DNA of 64,000 nucleotides from Eledone cirrhosa (taxonomy: Eukaryota). Numbering within the stretch: position 1 is the first letter of the stretch; each line of letters begins with the position of its first letter. The notes below the pieces were generated by a model. The model was not told where the DNA came from. It saw only the letters and a program-made list of their open reading frames with translations, and ran no database searches. The stretch covers positions 30,566,001-30,630,000 of the forward strand of contig OZ024759.1 of NCBI GenBank assembly GCA_964016885.1. The letters are read 5' to 3'. Positions 57,837 to 64,000 of the stretch are shown piece after piece. The position numbers and the translations under genes are program-made.

Positions 57837-58040
57837 AACCAGTAAGACCCCGACGGCTGAGCTCAAGCCGTTTCGACGGCTAATTCTGAACTAAAATTTT
57901 TTTAGTCCAGAATTAGCCGTCGAAACGGCTTGAGCTCAGCCGTCGGGGTCTTACTGGTTCCTATTACCCACTCTACTACCCCAAGTATTGAGTACTTTGG
58001 TGCGTTATGGTCCACCTGGTTCCTTACCACATTTCCTTCG

Positions 58041-58042
<2 letters not shown>
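57832..58042 (+). mobile_element. Family A hairpin+tail, young copy
   Basis: Near-perfect ~133-bp palindrome; tail almost identical to 2478-2555. Confidence 0.9.
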
Positions 58043-58075
<33 letters not shown>

Positions 58076-58181
58076 GTAACACGGAGCAACTGTAGGTTCA
58101 CCCGAGTGATCTTTCAATTCCATAGTCGGTCTAGATCGATACAGATCGAACCTTGAGCTGATCAGTATATATATAATAATA

Positions 58182-58240
<59 letters not shown>

Positions 58241-58374
58241 TGTTTCTACTTTTGGCACGAGGCTAGCAATTATTCCAGTGTATTGGAAAACGAAGAATCA
58301 GTGATGCACCGGAAGTTAATGTATTACGTATTACAATTGTTTCTCTGGCGAAAAGCTCCAGATGCCATCTCTTT

Positions 58375-58440
58375 GTGGATCGAACCTGACTCTGGATTCG
58401 CAAGTTACTCAGATAGAGTGTTCAATCGGCATACCGCCTC
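58375..58440 (-). mobile_element. tRNA-like SINE head
   Basis: Minus strand GAGGCGG start and GGTTCGATCC B box. Confidence 0.5.
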
Positions 58441-58481
58441 GGAACGCATCCAACCAACCTTACTTCATATATATATATTTG

Positions 58482-58646
58482 TTAAAATAACAGATTAAGT
58501 TTAAGCAAAGATTCACTGCTTTCCCCCTTAACGGGTGTGAAAGCAGCGATCCTTTGATTAAACTCTAGGGTTTTTATATATTTGATATATATTTATCCTT
58601 ATCGAGCTCTCTTTGTATTTTAGTCTTCAAATTTATTATTACTACT
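58482..58646 (+). mobile_element. Family G hairpin+tail
   Basis: GTTTAAGCAAAG..GCTTTC / GAAAGC..CTTTGATTAAAC, folded back in stem II, plus tail. Confidence 0.8.
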
Positions 58647-58662
58647 ATGTATATATTTTTTT

Positions 58663-58787
<125 letters not shown>

Positions 58788-58904
58788 ATATATATATATA
58801 TTTAACTCCGTTTCTGTGCCACCAACGCGTTATCTCATCTGTAATGGGAGACATATCTTATATCTGATATTTGCCAAATAAGCCAAGAACACAAAATCTG
58901 CTAA

Positions 58905-58932
<28 letters not shown>

Positions 58933-58936
<4 letters not shown>

Positions 58937-59009
58937 GAACCAGTAAGACCCCGACAGCTGAGCTCTGGTGCGTTATGGTCCACCTGGTTCCCTACCACAT
59001 TTCCTTCGT

Positions 59010-59010
<1 letters not shown>
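58933..59010 (+). mobile_element. Family A collapsed copy
   Basis: Arm ...CTGAGCTC fused to TGGTGCGTTATGG tail. Confidence 0.85.
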
Positions 59011-59088
<78 letters not shown>

Positions 59089-59093
<5 letters not shown>

Positions 59094-59265
59094 AAAACGT
59101 ATGACCCCGACGGCAGAGCTCAAGCCGTTTCGACGGCTATTTCTCCGAGAAACGGCTTCAGCTCTGCCCTCGGGGTCATATTTTTTCCTATTTCCCACTC
59201 TACAACCTTTAAGTATTGAGTACTCTGGTGCGTTATGGTCATCTGGTCCTTTACCACAATTCCTT

Positions 59266-59270
<5 letters not shown>
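59089..59270 (+). mobile_element. Family A hairpin+tail
   Basis: TATGACCCCGACGGCAGAGC...GCTCTGCCCTCGGGGTCATA plus tail. Confidence 0.85.
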
Positions 59271-59334
<64 letters not shown>

Positions 59335-59468
59335 TATATAAATATATATATATATATATATATTTATATAAATATGTATAAATATATATAAATATATATA
59401 TATATATTTTTATATAAATATATATAAATATATATAAATATATATAAATATATATAAATATATATATA

Positions 59469-59513
<45 letters not shown>

Positions 59514-59929
59514 CCATCATCATCATGATGAGGGGTTTTAGTTGTATTGCCACGTTGTTTTATTCTTACTCTTTCCATTCTATACCATTCTATTCCATGA
59601 GTCCAATCCATCCATTATGTTACTATCCGTTAGAAACACAATGAACACCATTTGTCTCTTGACGTCATAACAACTAATCTGTGTGGTGTGTGTTTGTGTG
59701 TGTGGGATGGGGGAGGGGTATGTGTGCGTGTGTGTGTATGCATGTGTGTTTGTGTTTGTGTGTGTGTTTGTGGGAGTGTGTACTTTTGTGTGCTTGTGTG
59801 TGTATTTGTGTTTCTGTGTGTGTATTTGTATTTGTGTGTGTGTGTATTTTTTTGTTTCTGTGTGTGTGTGTTTGTGTGTGTGTGTTCGGGTTTCTGTGTG
59901 TTTTTGTGTGTTTTTGTGTGTTTGTATAT

Positions 59930-59972
<43 letters not shown>

Positions 59973-60622
59973 CGGGCGTATTTGTATTTGTGTCTGTTCG
60001 TGTGTGTTTGTGTATGTATGTCCACATTTGTGTGTGTTTACGTGTGTATATGTGTTTAAGTGTATGTGTCTATGCGTGTGTGCGTATATGGGTGTGTAGG
60101 TTTTTGTGAGTGTGTATGCATGTGAGTGTGGTTATGAGGCCATATGTGGGTGTGTGCGGGCGGGTGTTTATGTATGTATGTGTGAGTAAGTGTGTGTATG
60201 CGCATGTGTGAAGGTGTATGTGTATGCGTAGGTTTGCGCGTGTATGTGTGTGTGTAAGTGTGTGTATGTTCGCGTGTATGTTGGTGTATGCGTGTGTAAA
60301 AGTGTTCGTGTGTGTGTGTGTGTGTTCATTGCAAATTACAATACGTTGCTCTTTCTCTCTTTGTATCAGGGTGTTCAGCACAATTTATTCCTGAAGATAT
60401 GAATTTCTGCTCCACAGGTATTCTCATAATTGCAGGTGTAAATTTGATCATAAACCATCTACACGCACATATACACCCATTCATATACTCATACACATTT
60501 ATTTACATATACATATATATGCACCTACATATACACATAGACATACATATACATGTATGTTTAGTAACAGTATCAAGACGTTGGAAAGGAAGACAGAAAA
60601 GTGGACAGGTGGATGGATAAAT

Positions 60623-60700
<78 letters not shown>

Positions 60701-60749
60701 TGGAGAGGTAGATAGATTGATAGATAGATAGATAGATAGATAGAGTGAT

Positions 60750-61320
60750 AGATACATTTCTTTATTAGCCACAAGGGCACACAAGAAGGGGACAAATACG
60801 AATGGGGAGTTTACATACAGGTATATGAACATAAACCTATTAATAAAATAACAAATAACAATTGAAATCCCCAATAGGGGGAGGTGTTACACAGGGGTTG
60901 TACACACCCCGAAAAAATGTACAACCCTCATCTCCAGGAGCATCAAGAGTGAGTACTCGCCTCCTCTCTTTCTCTTTTTACCTCAACCTACAGGCTTATA
61001 TAGAGAGAAGGCCCAACCACTCGGGCCATCTTCGCCACATTCACCCACCTTTTATAAAATTTGCTGGGGTACAGCACCTCTCTCTCCATCCTGATTCTTC
61101 TTCCAAAATGATATTTGAAAAAACGAATCAGTTGATCGCCGGAGAGAAAGGTGTCTGACCTCAGCCCTTTTAACCTCGTCCACCATATAATCTCATTCAC
61201 CATAGCCATAACACATAGGAAAACCGCCTCTCCCTCGTTTTTGAAGGAGCGTGGCGGTTTGATCATGACAATGGACTCGGTGGTCAACTGGATTGGTCCC
61301 ACCCGCGACGATAGCGTGAT
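60750..61320 (-). mobile_element. Tx1/L1-like LINE 3' end inside (GATA)n
   Basis: ORF 60988-61302 (AMVNEIIWWTR..LIRFFKYHF..RIRMERE..FYKRW) resembles L1/Tx1 ORF2 C-termini; AATAAA near 60761-60766 (-); (GATA)n on both sides. Confidence 0.6.
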
Positions 61321-61423
61321 AGATAGATAGATACATATGTCGATAGGTAGATAGATAGATAGATAGATTCATACATACATACATACATACATACATACAT
61401 ACATACATACATACATACATACA

Positions 61424-61884
61424 TAGAGAATATTTATGCAGAACTGATGAGAAATCAGCAGATACTCCACCCTGATTACACCTTCAGATTTATGCCTGTG
61501 ATTATTGGGGCACTGGGATATGTTAGTAACTGCCTCAATACAAATCTTGAGAAGCTAGGATTCACAGGAACAGAAAGAACACTAGTTAGGAAATTACAAG
61601 TACAATCCATTAATGGAACAGTAAAAATATGTAAAACATTCCAAAAATTTTGCATCTAATAACTGCCGATACACATGTACAGATACAAAGCATATACACA
61701 TGCACACATACAACTCAAAACATCCACATCCACACATACAATAACATCCACATCTACACATGCATGCATACATAATCTACCTAGTTGATGTTGTGTGAAT
61801 TCCAATGAGAGAGTCTTGTGTCTATGTTAGAAACCGACTCTCTCTCTATTGGGAAAAATTTGTGAAATTATAAAACCAGAAGAA
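61424..61884 (+). mobile_element. R4-like RLE LINE 3' end in (TACA)n
   Basis: ENIYAELMRNQQILHPDYTFRFMPVIIGALGYV...GTVKICKTF; (TACA)n on both flanks. Confidence 0.8.
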
Positions 61885-61939
61885 CATACATACATAAATA
61901 GATAGATTGATGTCTTCTTGCATTGCTGGTTAGTTGGAT

Positions 61940-62350
61940 GCTGTTATAGTTGCTGCTGTTGTTATAGTAGCTACTATTGTTAGTGCTGTTGATTTCGTTG
62001 TTACTGTTGTTGTTGTAGGGGTGGTGGTCATGGCGTGGTCTGTTGTTGTTATTGTTGGGGTTGTTGTGGGTGTGGTGGTGGTCGTGGCGTGGTCTGTTGT
62101 TGTTATTGTTGTTGTGGATGCGGTGGTGGTCGTGGCGTGGTCTGTTATTGTTGTTGTTGTTGCTGTTGTTGTTGTGGAGGTGGTGGCGTGGTCTGTTGTT
62201 ATTGTTGTTGTTGTTGCTGTTGTTGTTGTGGAGGTGGTGGTGTGGTCTGTTGTTGCTGTTGTCTGTGGTGATGTTGTCATCGTTGGTGTTCGTGTGACCT
62301 GTCCTTGTTGCTGTTGTTGTTGTTATTGTTTGTATATGTCTGTTGTTTGT
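61940..62350. repeat. (GTT/GTG)n compound minisatellite
   Basis: GGCGTGGTCTGTT-like unit about 5 times within GTT tracts. Confidence 0.8.
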
Positions 62351-62586
62351 TGTTTGTTTTGCTTCGTTGAAAAACTGTTCAACTTGTTTCAACAAAATTT
62401 AATCGATTGTTTTACAAACATACATCTATACACACCTTACACCAACACACATACGCACACATACCATATTCCAACACACACTTCCACACACATACGTTAT
62501 TCCAACACACACACATCCACATACACATATCTACTCCCATACACCTTACACCCACAAGCATATATATACTGTCACACAAACAAACA

Positions 62587-62652
<66 letters not shown>

Positions 62653-62682
62653 TAGAAATGAATACATATATGTATGTATGTA

Positions 62683-62780
<98 letters not shown>

Positions 62781-62781
62781 G

Positions 62782-62877
<96 letters not shown>

Positions 62878-63243
62878 GGAAAACCAGAGAATTTGTAAAT
62901 AGAAGAACGTGACAGATTTCATTTAAAACGAAATTTCTTTAGAACAAAAAAAAATATATATATATATATATAATAATAACAAGAAATAAAAAAAAATAAA
63001 TAAATAAAAACGAGCGAAAATCTGATGAAAACAAAATCAGAACAAATAAACAAAGAAACTAAAACACCAAAAACTTTGTCAATAAAGGAAGGAAAATATA
63101 AACGGCTTAGCATAACATTGTCAACAAATAAACTATTAATCATAAGAGAAAGACAAAAACTTGCAAAATATATCAAGCGAAATACATATGTTATCAAATA
63201 GAAAGTTTATTTACGTTATTTACTGATATCAACTGTAGCTTAA

Positions 63244-63262
63244 CAAAATGGCGGCGGTAAAT
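63244..63262 (+). promoter_or_regulatory. YY1-type motif overlapping a possible start codon and donor site
   Basis: CAAAATGGCGGCG|GTAAAT; locally more CpG. Confidence 0.35.
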
Positions 63263-63448
63263 ACTAACGAAAGAGTGGAAATTGGGTTTTGATTGTTTTA
63301 ACGGTTGGATTGCTTATCGGTTCAAAATCGTAAGATAAGCATTTTTAGTTCTATTTTCGGTCTGGATCGGGTTGCAGGTATTATCATTGAACACGATAAC
63401 TTTATTTCCTGATTGCAAAGCAAACGATTTAAATATCCAACTGAATCA

Positions 63449-63615
63449 TTGGCAGACTCGGTAGAACGTTGAATAGTGAATAGAATGCTTTGTGGTATTC
63501 GTTTCGGTACTCTTCTCTCTGAGTTTAAATCCTGCAGAAGCCAAATGTGATAGAGGCGCCAAAGTGGCAGAGTCGTTAGAACATCGGATAGAATGCTTTA
63601 TATTATTTGTTTCCG
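63449..63615 (+). mobile_element. Two tandem SINE S1-like heads
   Basis: TGGCAGACTCGGTAGA..GAGTTTAAATCC and GGCG..TGGCAGAGTCGTTAGA. Confidence 0.6.
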
Positions 63616-63634
63616 GTATAGGTTCCGTCAGATT

Positions 63635-63861
63635 TTAACCCTTTACCATTTACATTACTCTATATTTACTAGTATATTTTCACAGTAACGGTTTTACCTC
63701 TCATAATTATCTCATAATATCGAATCTATGAGATGTTGATGTTATTTATTTTGAGAACAACACCTTAATATCAGTATGAGTCGTCGGTTACAGCCGGTTT
63801 GAAGAGAAAGAGGTGAGAGAATTCTGGCAGGATATGGCCGGTTTAAATGCTAAAGAGTTAT
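63635..63861. mobile_element. piggyBac-like MITE
   Basis: TTAA-CCCTTTACCATTTA ... TAAATGCTAAAGAG-TTAT imperfect TIRs with TTAA-like target site. Confidence 0.7.
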
Positions 63862-64000
63862 ATGCCGTAGAAAAAAAAGGTGTATGGTAATACGGCGCCC
63901 CTATGACTCAATCATGAGTTATAGGCCCATGCCATGGCCAATAATTCGGCCATTCTGCATTCATCGGGAACATTAATTATTCTAATATATTCACTACACT

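Noticed and set aside
58071-58166. Island in (TA)n as another hammerhead
   Set aside because: Minus-strand core reads CTGATCA and stems I and III could not be paired convincingly.

Overview
AT-rich, microsatellite-saturated eukaryotic non-coding DNA with (TA)n, (CA)n, (GA)n, (GAA)n, (TAA)n, (TACA)n and (GATA)n arrays. Repeat content and SINE types suggest a cephalopod such as Octopus (inference). Almost all ORFs in the track are translated microsatellites. The real coding remnants are retrotransposon 3' ends: R4/Dong-like RLE LINEs, RTE LINEs (one with a twin-priming-type 5' inversion) and a Tx1-like LINE. There are also tRNA-derived SINEs, a piggyBac-like MITE and mariner termini. The main signal is a dense population of short non-coding elements from at least 8 unrelated sequence families, mostly embedded in (TA)n. 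Many are built as a long fold-back palindrome plus a fixed 3' tail, and most carry a type I hammerhead ribozyme (about 15 complete or slightly degenerate cores plus several half-cores). The architecture matches 5'-truncated, inverted pLTR ends of Penelope-like retroelements or retrozyme-like derivatives, but no Penelope RT/GIY-YIG ORF is visible here. Several families share a GAGYRY tail motif just beyond the hairpin, and one family has a non-canonical CAGAAGA core. A few isolated splice-flanked exon candidates hint at a host gene but cannot be identified. All structures were read by eye, and boundaries inside microsatellites are approximate.
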